Of a stretch of 64,000 nt of DNA, positions 9,770-20,451 are shown piece by piece. Both the position numbers and the translations under genes were made by a program. Source of the DNA: Thermoplasmata archaeon (GTDB lineage: Archaea > Thermoplasmatota > Thermoplasmata > Thermoplasmatales > ARK-15); NCBI GenBank assembly GCA_039794005.1, contig JBAMMA010000017.1:114490-178489 (forward strand). The letters run 5' to 3'. The notes under the pieces were generated by a model. It was not told the origin of the DNA. It made no database searches and saw only the letters and a list, made by a program, of their open reading frames with translations. Within the stretch, counting starts at the first letter, position 1, and each line of letters starts with the position of its first letter.

Positions 9770-11026
9770 TAGATGTCTTCTTGCTACATCTGGAACTTCA
9801 TAATAAATTTCATTTAAATCTCTTTCTAACTTCAATTTAACCTTTTCTGGAGAATATGTGTTACATTTCTTACACCTAAAACCTTTATCCTTTCCCATAG
9901 ATTCCATTGATCTATTGCATATAGGACATTTTGGATTTACTAATACGTATTTTTCTTTTAACTTTAAGATTTTTATCTTTTCTAAATTTAATGTATTATT
10001 ATACTTTTTAACAGATCCGTATAAAAGTAAACTATCTCCTATATCCAATTTTTTAATTATTTGCCTGAATTGTAATGTATGATCATATGCTATAGCATAT
10101 ATTTCCCCTGTACCGTCAGAAACCTTAAAAATAACGTGACCACCCTTTATCGTTTTTGGCTTTTCTATTACCTTGGCCTTTATTATATAAGATCCATACT
10201 CCTTTATTTCTGAAATTTTTGATTTTACTAGATGATCATCTGTGGCCTGATTTGTTTTATATATTATATATGAATCGAAAGGATCTGAAACGACAATTTT
10301 CATAGCCTTTTCTAAATCTTGAAAATTTGTACCCCTTATACCATATAGAACTGGTGTTAAAGTTTCCGGTTTAATCATGACTTTTTTATTTAAATAATCA
10401 TAATTTTCAAATGTTGTTTTTATCATTTTATCCATCATTATAACGGAATTTTCGTCTACATATCTATCTTTATTCCAGCGATCCTCAGGTAAATATGTAA
10501 TCAATTCATAAGTAAATTTTCTAGGCCTCCATGAGATTGCGGCCAAAGCCCCTATTAACCCAGTCTTGTTTTTATAGGCCTTATAATGAAGGCCATTCAA
10601 ATATCCCTCAACATCGTTCAAATTTACTATTTCCCTTACTGCTTTCCAATATAATTTTTCACTCACCTTATCTTTTGTTATTATTATTCCAGGGGATGTT
10701 TTTTCAACATCAAATCTTGCATACCTTTCAACAATATTTGATATCGATTCCATTAAATCTTCAATATCAGGCTCTTCTTTTATTTTATAATAAGCATAAA
10801 TATCTTTACCTTTTACATTCCCAATCTTTATCTTTTTACCTTTTCCTATTCCTAATCTAATGGCTATAGCTGCATTCCCCCTGGTTTTCCAGGGAACATT
10901 TGGATTCAACCTTACAAGTCTTGGAAGTCCAATGAAATCTAGTTTGGTTTCCTCTGCAATCTTTATAGTAATATATGTAGTACACATTCCTTCTGGACCA
11001 TCTGTATCATCTATGCCTACCCACAT
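9710..11026 (-). CDS. tiaS: tRNA(Ile2) agmatinylcytidine synthetase
   Basis: VGIDDTD..GMCTTY, PRLVRLNPNVPWKTRGN, TNQATDDH, OB fold, C-terminal Zn ribbon, ARRHLS. Confidence 0.95.
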   Translation of the reverse strand: MWVGIDDTDGPEGMCTTYITIKIAEETKLDFIGLPRLVRLNPNVPWKTRGNAAIAIRLGIGKGKKIKIGNVKGKDIYAYYKIKEEPDIEDLMESISNIVERYARFDVEKTSPGIIITKDKVSEKLYWKAVREIVNLNDVEGYLNGLHYKAYKNKTGLIGALAAISWRPRKFTYELITYLPEDRWNKDRYVDENSVIMMDKMIKTTFENYDYLNKKVMIKPETLTPVLYGIRGTNFQDLEKAMKIVVSDPFDSYIIYKTNQATDDHLVKSKISEIKEYGSYIIKAKVIEKPKTIKGGHVIFKVSDGTGEIYAIAYDHTLQFRQIIKKLDIGDSLLLYGSVKKYNNTLNLEKIKILKLKEKYVLVNPKCPICNRSMESMGKDKGFRCKKCNTYSPEKVKLKLERDLNEIYYEVPDVARRHLSMPINFLGKNIRDFSMFIP

Positions 11027-11082
11027 TTTATTAAAATTAATAGTTGTAAAATTTATAATTTACTCTTTTTATTATAAATATA

Positions 11083-11331
11083 ATGATAAGTGAAATATTG
11101 GCAGGAGTTCAATTCATTCTATCTCTATTTTTTACAATAATTTCCCTTAGGTCATTCATAATTAGGAAGGATATGAAATATGGATTTTTCTTGGTATCTA
11201 TGTTATCTTTTATGATTGAATCGATATTAATTTTATATAATTACACGTTTCAATATTTAACTCCAATATGGTGTTTAATTTCATTTAACCTGGTAATCAT
11301 GGTATTTCTATTCCTATCCTTGGTAAGGTGA
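11083..11331 (+). CDS. Small 3-TM membrane protein
   Basis: 82 aa, three hydrophobic segments; 4 bp upstream of a wHTH gene. Confidence 0.65.
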   Translation: MISEILAGVQFILSLFFTIISLRSFIIRKDMKYGFFLVSMLSFMIESILILYNYTFQYLTPIWCLISFNLVIMVFLFLSLVR

Positions 11332-11335
11332 TCAC

Positions 11336-11854
11336 TTGGTATTGGACTTAGAGAGTAGAAGGAGGATTTACGAAGCAATAGAAAAAAATCCTGGAATACA
11401 TTTCAGAGAATTATTGAAAATGCTAAATATTAATACGGGAGAATTACAGTACCATTTGGGAGTCTTGATTAAAAATAATTTAATTTCAGAAAAAGAAGTA
11501 AACAACATGAAGGTATATTTTCCAACCAAAATGCCAAACCAGAGAATGAAAGATGTTTTACCATATCTTAGAAATTATATAACAAAGGCAATTATAATAA
11601 ATATTGCGATGAATCCTGGAATTAGCCAAAAAGAATTATACAATAATATTAAGGCATCAAACAAAACAATAGCTAGCAATATTTTAAAATTAAAGGAAAG
11701 AAAAATAATAAAGGAAGAATTTATAAATAACCTTTGTAAATATTATTTATATGATGAAGATTTAATAGTAAATACACTTGTGACTTACAAAGAATCACTT
11801 TTCGATGAACTCGTACAAAAATTCATAGAATTTATGGAGAAAAATGAAAAATGA
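11336..11854 (+). CDS. Tandem winged-helix transcriptional regulator
   Basis: RRRIYEAIEKNPGIHFREL...GELQYHL and a second NPGISQKEL HTH. Confidence 0.8.
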   Translation: MVLDLESRRRIYEAIEKNPGIHFRELLKMLNINTGELQYHLGVLIKNNLISEKEVNNMKVYFPTKMPNQRMKDVLPYLRNYITKAIIINIAMNPGISQKELYNNIKASNKTIASNILKLKERKIIKEEFINNLCKYYLYDEDLIVNTLVTYKESLFDELVQKFIEFMEKNEK

Positions 11855-11912
11855 TTATTTAAATGATAAATAAAAAAAGAAATTTTTTATATTTATACAT
11901 TATTATTACTAC

Positions 11913-13364
11913 ATGTTTATTGAAAAATTTTCGGAAATTAGAATTGGGTATACTTTTGATGATGTATTGTTAATACCATCAAAAACAGAGGTAGATCCAA
12001 AGGATGTAAATACAGAAACTAAGCTAACAAGGAACATAAAATTAAAGATACCGATAGTGAGTTCTCCCATGGATACTGTAACAGGACCTGAAATGGCAAT
12101 AGCTATGGCGAGATTGGGTGGAATAGGAATAATTCATAGAAATCAGAGCATTGAGAGTGAAAGAGAGAGTGTTAGAAAAGTCAAAAGGGAGGAAAGCACA
12201 ATAATAAGGGATGTTTTTACAGTTTCTCCTGATGATACGATAAAGAATGTTTTAAAATATATGAGAGAGAAGAACATAACAGGATTTCCGGTTATGAAAA
12301 ACGGTGTTTTGGTGGGTATAATCACAGACAGAGATGTGAGATTTTTGAAAAATCATGATATTAAAGTTGAAGATGTTATGACTAAAAATGTTATTACTGG
12401 TAAAGAGGGAATAACGCTTGACGAGGCTTTGGAAATAATGCAAAGAAATAAAATTGAAAAGTTACCAATAACAGATGAAAATGGAAAGTTGACAGGATTA
12501 ATAACAGCTAAGGATATATTAAAGAGAAAAACATATCCAGATGCAGTCAGAGATGACGATGGGAGACTTCTCGTTGGGGCTGCAGTTGGACCATTTGATG
12601 TTAATAGGGCAAAGGTTTTGGAGGAGGGAGGGGCAGATGTACTTGTGATAGATACGGCACATGCACATAATAAGAAGGTAATGGAAGGCATAAAAGAGAT
12701 TAGAAAAAGTGTAAATATTGATATTATTGCCGGGAATATAGCAACATCCTCGGCGGCTGAAGATTTAATATCTCTTGAGGTGGATGCTCTCAGGGTGGGA
12801 ATTGGCCCTGGATCAATATGCACAACAAGAATAGTTGCAGGGGTAGGAGTTCCACAGTTAACGGCTATTTCTGATGTTGCAGAGGTTGCAGAAAAATATG
12901 GTATTCCCATAATTGCAGATGGAGGTATTAGATATTCTGGGGACATTGTAAAAGCATTAGGTGCTGGAGCACATACAGTAATGTTGGGAAATTTATTGGC
13001 TGGAACTGACGAGGCACCGGGTGAAGAAATAACAATTGGAGGAAGAAAATATAAAACTTATAGAGGCATGGGCTCACTGGGAGTAATACAAAAAGGTATT
13101 TCAGACAGATATGGAAAAATTGGTGAGACAAAATATGTACCTGAAGGTGTTGAAGGTGCAGTACCATATAAAGGTAAGGTTGAAGATGTAATATATCAAT
13201 TGGTTGGAGGCCTTAAATCAGGCATGGGTTATGTTGGGGCAAAGAATATAGAAGATCTGAGAAAGAACACAAAGTTCATCAGAATGACCGGGGAAGGCCT
13301 TAGGGAATCACATCCACATGATATTATGATAATTACAGAATCTCCAAATTATCCAAGATTATGA
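11913..13364 (+). CDS. guaB: IMP dehydrogenase with CBS pair
   Basis: TFDDVLLIP, SSPMDTVT, GIGPGSICTTR, IADGGI, YRGMGS, ESHPHD. Confidence 0.97.
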   Translation: MFIEKFSEIRIGYTFDDVLLIPSKTEVDPKDVNTETKLTRNIKLKIPIVSSPMDTVTGPEMAIAMARLGGIGIIHRNQSIESERESVRKVKREESTIIRDVFTVSPDDTIKNVLKYMREKNITGFPVMKNGVLVGIITDRDVRFLKNHDIKVEDVMTKNVITGKEGITLDEALEIMQRNKIEKLPITDENGKLTGLITAKDILKRKTYPDAVRDDDGRLLVGAAVGPFDVNRAKVLEEGGADVLVIDTAHAHNKKVMEGIKEIRKSVNIDIIAGNIATSSAAEDLISLEVDALRVGIGPGSICTTRIVAGVGVPQLTAISDVAEVAEKYGIPIIADGGIRYSGDIVKALGAGAHTVMLGNLLAGTDEAPGEEITIGGRKYKTYRGMGSLGVIQKGISDRYGKIGETKYVPEGVEGAVPYKGKVEDVIYQLVGGLKSGMGYVGAKNIEDLRKNTKFIRMTGEGLRESHPHDIMIITESPNYPRL

Positions 13365-15181
13365 AAAATAAAATTTTTTATAAAGCATTTATTATTTTAA
13401 TAATTTTCATAATGTTTTCAGAAACATACATAAATATTAATTTATATATAAAAAACAATAATAAAATTTTTAAAAATTTAAATTTAAATGTTTCAAATTT
13501 TTCTGTATATTATGGAAGCGTAAACGATAGCATTATAAATTACTTAAATAAATATGATTTGGTTATATTGCAACATTGGGCAGTTTCTTCATATAATCTC
13601 TCAAAAATTAAAGCGATAAAGATTGCTTACATCGATCTTGGGGAATATGATAACTCTACATATCCAAACTGTACAATAAATCTTACAGGAATTGTGATTG
13701 GTTATGACAATCAATGGAATCAACCAATTGTTAATGTTTCTTCACAAAAATGGATAAACTATACAATTTGCAGGGTAAAATATGACATAAAATTAGGTTT
13801 TAATGGAGTTATGTTTGATGATTTGGATGTTGTAGAGGAGTATCCTTGGGAGGCAAGTGGATTTATTAAGATAATTTCACTCATAAGGCAAGAGTTCAAA
13901 AATATATACATTGGTATAAATAGAGGATTTGAACTAATTAAAAACGTTTCTGAATACATTAATTTTGTATTATACGAAGATTTTGGTACATATTATAATT
14001 TTAATTCCAATGGATATAATTTTTTGAACTTTTCACAATTGGAAAATTTAAGTAATAATATAAATGAAATAAAATCATACGGAATTCAGGTTCTTGCACT
14101 TGGATATTCCCCTGCAGACTGCAACTATTATACATATTTTGATAGTTATATTGCTAATAAATTAAATGTGCCTTTGTATATAGGTAATTGGAATTTAACA
14201 TCTTTATATAATCAATGCAATTTTACATTTAATCTTTATGAAATCATGAAAAATTACAATGAGATGATAGTGGAACAGGCAAATTATATATTGAATTCCC
14301 AGCTGGATGATGGAGCAATTAAAATATCAATAAATAGCAATAAAATAATACCATACATTTCGAATATCGCTTCGATTGGCCTTATATATGCTTACGAATT
14401 GACTGGAAATGAAAGTTATTTAAATTCTGCTAAGAAATGGATTGAATGGTATTCCATTCACCAAAATATAAATAAAGATAATGAAGGCATAGTCGGAACA
14501 ATATATAATTATAACATTTCAAATGGTTTAGAATTATCAACAAATTATTACAATAGTAGCGATTCATACGCCGCCACATTTTTAATATTAATATATGATT
14601 ATTACAATTTGACAGGAAACATAACCTTCATTAAAGAGGAGTATAAAAATATAAAACTCGCTTTAAATGCAATATTTTATACTATGGATAATAATTCAAC
14701 CTATGCTAAGCCAAATTTAAAAGTAAAATATCTAATTGATAATTCTGAGGTTTATTTGGCTCTGCATGATTCAGCAAAAATTTTCAAATTGTTCAACGTT
14801 TCATATTCAAATTATTTAAATAACATATCAAACTCTGTTAAATACAATATTTTAAATTACTTTTTAATAAATAACACATTTTTCGATTGGTCTATTAATG
14901 GTACAATAAACATTTCTAATTATTATCCCGATATTAACGCAAATTATTGGCCTATAATTTTTGGTGTGATTAAATGGAATTCATCAATATCAAATAACAT
15001 TTTCAATTTTTTATTAAACGTTTCATATTATAATCAGGCCATTAATATAACAAATTTAGACCTGTCAGCAGCATACTATTCAACAATCATGGGTCGCAAC
15101 AATATATCCCAAATTATCATAAACAGTATTTTATCAATGGGAAATTACACAAATTGCTGGAATGTTGAGGATAGTTCCTAG
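13361..15181 (+). CDS. Exported glycoside hydrolase-like protein (GH114/PelA-like barrel plus alpha/alpha toroid), N-terminal part of a gene interrupted by an in-frame TAG
   Basis: Signal peptide; YYG..YDLVIL, AYIDLGE, GFNGVMFDDLD, INRGFE (GH114-like); then YELTGNESYL and DSYAATFL (toroid-like). Confidence 0.65.
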   Translation: MKNKIFYKAFIILIIFIMFSETYININLYIKNNNKIFKNLNLNVSNFSVYYGSVNDSIINYLNKYDLVILQHWAVSSYNLSKIKAIKIAYIDLGEYDNSTYPNCTINLTGIVIGYDNQWNQPIVNVSSQKWINYTICRVKYDIKLGFNGVMFDDLDVVEEYPWEASGFIKIISLIRQEFKNIYIGINRGFELIKNVSEYINFVLYEDFGTYYNFNSNGYNFLNFSQLENLSNNINEIKSYGIQVLALGYSPADCNYYTYFDSYIANKLNVPLYIGNWNLTSLYNQCNFTFNLYEIMKNYNEMIVEQANYILNSQLDDGAIKISINSNKIIPYISNIASIGLIYAYELTGNESYLNSAKKWIEWYSIHQNINKDNEGIVGTIYNYNISNGLELSTNYYNSSDSYAATFLILIYDYYNLTGNITFIKEEYKNIKLALNAIFYTMDNNSTYAKPNLKVKYLIDNSEVYLALHDSAKIFKLFNVSYSNYLNNISNSVKYNILNYFLINNTFFDWSINGTINISNYYPDINANYWPIIFGVIKWNSSISNNIFNFLLNVSYYNQAINITNLDLSAAYYSTIMGRNNISQIIINSILSMGNYTNCWNVEDSS

Positions 15182-16003
15182 ATAATTCAATCATACTTTT
15201 TAATAAAACCCGATAATACCGTTATAAAATCTTTTAATTTAAAATATTTTAAAAATATATTAATCTTGAATTTGACCATTTTAAAAAATAACAACTCAAA
15301 AATTTTAATCTATATTCCGTGGAATTTTTATTTGTATTCAAATTGTAACTATTCAAATGAAAAATTTAACAATGATAGTTATATTGATATAAATAATTTT
15401 GATTCAAATAACATTTCATTGTATTACTTTTTCAATAACAATGAAAAATATATGATAAAAATAATTGAAAATGGTATAAAAAACAAATCATGGGGTGTGA
15501 TAATAAATAATAAAATTTTTTATTCAAATAATAATTCTATAATTATTTATTTGCCGGCTGGGTTATATAAATATTCCATAATACCTGAAAATGGTTTTTA
15601 TGTTATGAATGCAACCGGTTATTTACTGTTATTTAAAAACGATACCATCTATGTTAATTTTATAAAAACATTATACTATTATAATGTAACTTTTATATTG
15701 AATGGATCAGAAAATTTAACATGGTATATTAAGATAAATAATATGACATATGAAGTAAAAAATATATCAATTACATTAAGGGAAATTAATGGAACCTATT
15801 TTTATTCCATAATTCCACCAGATGGATATATTGTCAATAAAACAAATGGTGTTTTTATCGTTAATGGAAGCGATATTATAATTACATTGGAAATTAAAAA
15901 GGTGGAGAATTATAATTATTTATATTGTATTTTAATATTTTTTGTAATTTTATTATCTTTAATTTTTATAATTAAAAGAATTAAGTTAGGAAGAGGCCCT
16001 TAA
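15182..16003 (+). pseudogene. In-frame continuation after the TAG: surface beta-repeats and C-terminal TM anchor
   Basis: 15182-15265 is open and in frame (IIQSYFLIKPDNTVIKSFNLKYFKNILI) into the 15266 ORF, which has no ATG start or signal peptide but ends in a TM segment and basic tail. Confidence 0.7.
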
Positions 16004-16613
16004 TTCCTTCCACTACAAATTCCACCGCCATTGCTGCCAATATAAGTCCCAAAATCCTGGAAAGTATTTGGTTACCAGTTTTACCTAAATATTTAAAGAA
16101 AAATTCTGAAAAGTATAATAATATATATGATATTGCCATCGTTAATAAAATTGATACTACAACTAATGAAATTTCAAAATAATTTGTACTTTTTTCTGTT
16201 ATGTATATAATTACAGTTGTGATGGCACCAGGACCTGCCAAAAGTGGAACTCCTAGAGGTACTACGCCTATTGATTCTCTCTCTTCAATTTCCTGTCTTT
16301 CGGATTCTGAAAGTCTAGATCTTGTATACTTACCATGCATCATATCGAATGCAATTTTAAACAGAAGTAGACCGCCAGCAATTTTAAAAACGTAAACATT
16401 TATGTTGAATATTGCAAATATGACATTTCCCCCAAAACCGAATATCAATAAAACAGCAAATGCAACCAGAATGCTGTTTTTTAATATTTTCAGTTTTTCT
16501 TCTCTTGGCATATTTTGTGTCATTGTAAAGAAAAATGGTATTGAACCAAAGGGATTTACTACTGAAAATATTGCAACGAAACTGGATATAAAAAATACTA
16601 GATCAAATACCAC
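15981..16613 (-). CDS. MarC family membrane protein
   Basis: FSVVNPFGSIP, FKIAGGLLLF, VPLGVPLLAGPGAIT, RILGLILAAMAVEF. Confidence 0.92.
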   Translation of the reverse strand: MVFDLVFFISSFVAIFSVVNPFGSIPFFFTMTQNMPREEKLKILKNSILVAFAVLLIFGFGGNVIFAIFNINVYVFKIAGGLLLFKIAFDMMHGKYTRSRLSESERQEIEERESIGVVPLGVPLLAGPGAITTVIIYITEKSTNYFEISLVVVSILLTMAISYILLYFSEFFFKYLGKTGNQILSRILGLILAAMAVEFVVEGIKGLFLT

Positions 16614-16759
16614 AAAGAAGAATTGAAAATTTATTATTTAAATGTTCTTTTCATTTATTTTCGTCCCCGCTTTTTGTTTCATTTGACTGCTGTACCTGAC
16701 CTTAAGGCAGATTCCCCAGATGTAGAATGTACATGTTGAAATAGGGTGTTCCGAGGAAT

Positions 16760-17827
16760 ATGTTTGTTGCAGCTGGATCGACGGAGACTTCAGCAAAGAT
16801 AAATGGAAATTTCAATATCAAGATCCTAGATTCATTATATTCTTCCAGCTTATCTTTAATCCAGGGTTATTCAGTATTAAATGCTGGAAATTATTATATA
16901 AATACAACGATGACACCGCTCCACGGACAGAATGTTAATCCTGACGGGGCTGGAATAATTCTTGCAGTTTATGTTTTTTCACCATCATATTTTTATTTAC
17001 CAAGCAAATATAATGTGAATTTTGTTGAATCCGGCCTCCCTGCTGGAACAACCTGGACCGTAACCCTGAATAACATAACACAATCATCCCAGAACAATGT
17101 AATACAGTTTACAGAATACAATGGATCATATCAGTACAGAATATCCATGGCAAATGGAATGACACCAAATCCCGGATATGGGAATATTTTTGTGAACGGC
17201 TCATCATTGAACGTATCAATAGAATTCATGCCACCGGGAAAATATATGGTAACATTCCAACCGGAAGGTCTGAATCCAAATGATGAGTATTCGGTAACAA
17301 TTGATAATTCAACACATAATGCATTTGGAAATCAAACAATAATATTTTCTCTGATTAACGGGACGTACAGCTATAAAATAGTAATGCCTTCAGGTTATAT
17401 CGTATATCCACAATCTGGAATTGTATCTGTATCGGGTAAGAATGTTGTTATAAAGATATTCTTTATGCCTAAACAATACCGTATAACCATTATTGAAAAC
17501 GGTCTTCCACCTGGGACTTTATGGTGGGTAACTTTCAAAGGACAGAATTATACTTCAACATCACAGGAGATAAATATTTCTGCCTCGGACGGAAATTATG
17601 CAATTTATTTTTCATCACCTCAGGGATATGAACCGGACAAAAATTATATCTCTGTTGATATAAACAATTCCAACTCTACGGTTAAAGTTTCATATTCATA
17701 CATATCACCATCAAATATAAGTTTCCTGAATTCACCAACATATCTTCTTGTAATCTCATTATTATTATTTACAGTACTCACACTTTTTTTATATGTGATT
17801 TTTAGAGGTGTTAAGAATGTCCTATAA
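16760..17827 (+). CDS. Surface protein with three thermopsin-type C-terminal beta repeats and TM anchor, probably 5'-truncated
   Basis: YNVNFVESGLPAGTTWTVTLN, YMVTFQPEGL and YRITIIENGLPPGTLWWVTF repeats; C-terminal TM; no signal peptide. Confidence 0.7.
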   Translation: MFVAAGSTETSAKINGNFNIKILDSLYSSSLSLIQGYSVLNAGNYYINTTMTPLHGQNVNPDGAGIILAVYVFSPSYFYLPSKYNVNFVESGLPAGTTWTVTLNNITQSSQNNVIQFTEYNGSYQYRISMANGMTPNPGYGNIFVNGSSLNVSIEFMPPGKYMVTFQPEGLNPNDEYSVTIDNSTHNAFGNQTIIFSLINGTYSYKIVMPSGYIVYPQSGIVSVSGKNVVIKIFFMPKQYRITIIENGLPPGTLWWVTFKGQNYTSTSQEINISASDGNYAIYFSSPQGYEPDKNYISVDINNSNSTVKVSYSYISPSNISFLNSPTYLLVISLLLFTVLTLFLYVIFRGVKNVL

Positions 17828-18861
17828 TCCGATGAATAAAAATGTAAAACTAAGATCCAAGGAAAAAATGATAAAAAATGGAATACTATTGATTGCAATA
17901 GGTTTAATTTTTTCAGCTATACCATATTTGGGTTCCGTTTTGACTATCCTTATCCTTATTGGATTTATTTACATATTAATAGGATACAGGAATCATTCTC
18001 AAGCATACGCGAAAATAGCAAAATATGCATTTGTTTTATTTCTAGTAGCAATTGTTCTGGAAATAATAGGTGCATCTTATGACCTTTCTCTTCTTTTTGG
18101 ACTGAACAATGTGAGCTCAATTTCTTATGGAAAAATAATATCATTTTTTGGATCCCTTCATTTTCTTTGTTGTTTTATCCTACATTTTTCTGGGTGCTTC
18201 AATGTTTATGGTTCTATATCCAGTTTTTCCAAAAAAATCTTACGTACTTCTTTGGATCATATTTCTCATTACATTCTTAATTATACTTTCTATAGGATAT
18301 GAACAGATGTCAACCCTGAACACTATGTACTATCAGAACCTGACACTGAACAACGTTGGCGTTTTAAACTCTGTTGTAGGAAACATTGAAGGTTCCGCAG
18401 CACTGTTCAATATATTGTGGGCAATAATGTTCTTTCTCGGTTATGTTTTTGCAAAGAGGAAATTTTCCACATTAAATTATGGAAATGTTTCTAAGGGTCA
18501 GGTTCACCAGACAAATAAATGCCCGAACTGCGGGGCAGAAAATCCAATAGAGGCAAAGCACTGTATGAAATGTGGTATGCCACTTGCACCCATTTTTGGA
18601 GGGCAGGGAATCAGGTGCCCGAACTGCGGTTTAACAAATCCACCAAACGTTCAAAATTGCATAGTGTGCGGATATCCTCTGTACAACCAAAATAATTTGC
18701 AAGGAAATATCCAGACACAGAATAATAGCCAAGGATATTTTTCATCATATAGTAATCAGGGAACCGATAATCAGAATAATTACATTACATGTCCAAACTG
18801 TGGATATTTAAATCCACCAGAAGCAACATACTGTCTTAAATGCGGCTATAGGCTTAAATAA
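17817..18861 (+). pseudogene. Frameshifted multi-TM membrane protein with C-terminal zinc ribbons
   Basis: ORF 17817-18302 (SD GAGGTG at 17805) loses protein-like character after the T6 run at 18144-18149. The +1 frame ORF 18148-18861 continues with TMs and three CPNCG...CxxCG ribbons. Confidence 0.7.
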
Positions 18862-19149
18862 TCATTACTTTTTTATATAAAATTTATTAATTATCAGAAA
18901 ATCATGCTGATTAAAACCCAACTATTTATTTTTAAACAAACTATTTTGTTTTATTCAGTATTTTAATAAAATTTCAATATCTTTATATTTATAAATCATG
19001 ATCCTTGAAAATATTAAAAGAATATCACAGAAACTATATTTTCCATATTATATAATCAGTACATAAAATAAAACAATTTCAATATAAAAGCATTTCAAAA
19101 GAAAATAAATTAGATCTTAAACAATTAGATTCATAGAATTCTGAGATAA

Positions 19150-19520
19150 TGAATAAAGGCAGGAAAAATTGGCTGGATTGAAAGAGAATAATGGTAAAAA
19201 TATACAGAATATGGACTAATTTGAATAATAAAATGGATTACGTTGCAACAGATGATGATAAATTAAGGCTTATAATTCAATTTAGAGGATATGAAAATAC
19301 CAAAACGTGAATTATTAAATGAATTAATAAAAGAAATAAAAAATACGTAAAACAATTAAAAGAAAAAAGCAAACAATTTACATTATCAGTAGATTGAAAA
19401 GACTACCGAAAGAGTGAATTTTAGAAATAAAAAAAATTGATAAATATAAGGAAAAGGGTAAAATAAAGATAGTAAAACGAAAAATTGGAAAGTCTAATTT
19501 TTTCATTAAAATATTTAAAG
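19150..19520 (+). pseudogene. Decayed gene remnant, possibly the C-terminal (DUF4143-like) part of an archaeal AAA ATPase
   Basis: Fragments in shifting frames: IYRIWTNLNNKMDYVATDDDKLRLIIQ, KRELLNEL, GKIKIV; many stops. Confidence 0.25.
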
Positions 19521-19742
19521 AAATATTTTGATATGCGGGAAGAAGTAGTAAAATATTACAATTACTAAATGATTAATATTAGACGTATGAAGATATAATA
19601 ATAATTTAGAGACAGGGAAAAGTTAAATGAATATGATGCTTTAAAATAAAGAATAAGGGGATAAAAAATAAAACGATTTTTTGATATTATATATTTCATT
19701 AAAATTCGATAAAGTTAAATTTATGAATTTATATTAATAATT

Positions 19743-20450
19743 ATGTGGAATAAAAAGACTGAAAAATTGTATTTGGATGATTCCTATTTAAAAGAGTTCA
19801 ATTCTAAAGTTTTAGAATATAGAGAAAATGAAATATTGCTTGAGAAAACAGCATTCTATCCAGAGGGAGGAGGGCAACCTTCTGATAAAGGAAAAATATT
19901 TACAAATTTAGAATACAACGTTATTAATGTTTATAAAGATAATGATGCGGTTATACATGTATTAGACAAACCATTCGATGGTTCTGAAGAGGTGAAAGGA
20001 ATAATAGATTGGAATTTAAGATATTTACATATGAGGCATCACACAGCAATACATATCTTAAGTGGTATTTTTTATAATAAATATAAAGCGAAGATTACTG
20101 GTTCCCAAATATATCCAGATCGTGCGAGAATGGATATAAACTATGAGTTGAAAAGGGATGAAATACCAGAAATAGAAAATTTAGCGAATGAAATAGTTAA
20201 AAACGATTATGAAATAAAAATTTATTATATTGATAAAAAGGACTTTAACGATAATCTTGTAAGAGTAAGAGAAGACCTACTTCCAGATGTTGATAAAATT
20301 AGAATTGTTGAAATATCAAATTTTGACATGCAGGCTGATGGTGGAACCCATGTGAAAAGAACGTCTGAAGTGGGGAAAATAAGAATTTCAAAATATGAAA
20401 ATAAAGGAAAAAATAATAAAAGAATATACATAACATTAGAAAAAGATTAG
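19743..20450 (+). CDS. alaXM: Alanyl-tRNA editing protein AlaX-M
   Basis: TAFYPEGGGQPSD, MRHHTAIH, QADGGTHV. Confidence 0.93.
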   Translation: MWNKKTEKLYLDDSYLKEFNSKVLEYRENEILLEKTAFYPEGGGQPSDKGKIFTNLEYNVINVYKDNDAVIHVLDKPFDGSEEVKGIIDWNLRYLHMRHHTAIHILSGIFYNKYKAKITGSQIYPDRARMDINYELKRDEIPEIENLANEIVKNDYEIKIYYIDKKDFNDNLVRVREDLLPDVDKIRIVEISNFDMQADGGTHVKRTSEVGKIRISKYENKGKNNKRIYITLEKD

Positions 20451-20451
20451 A

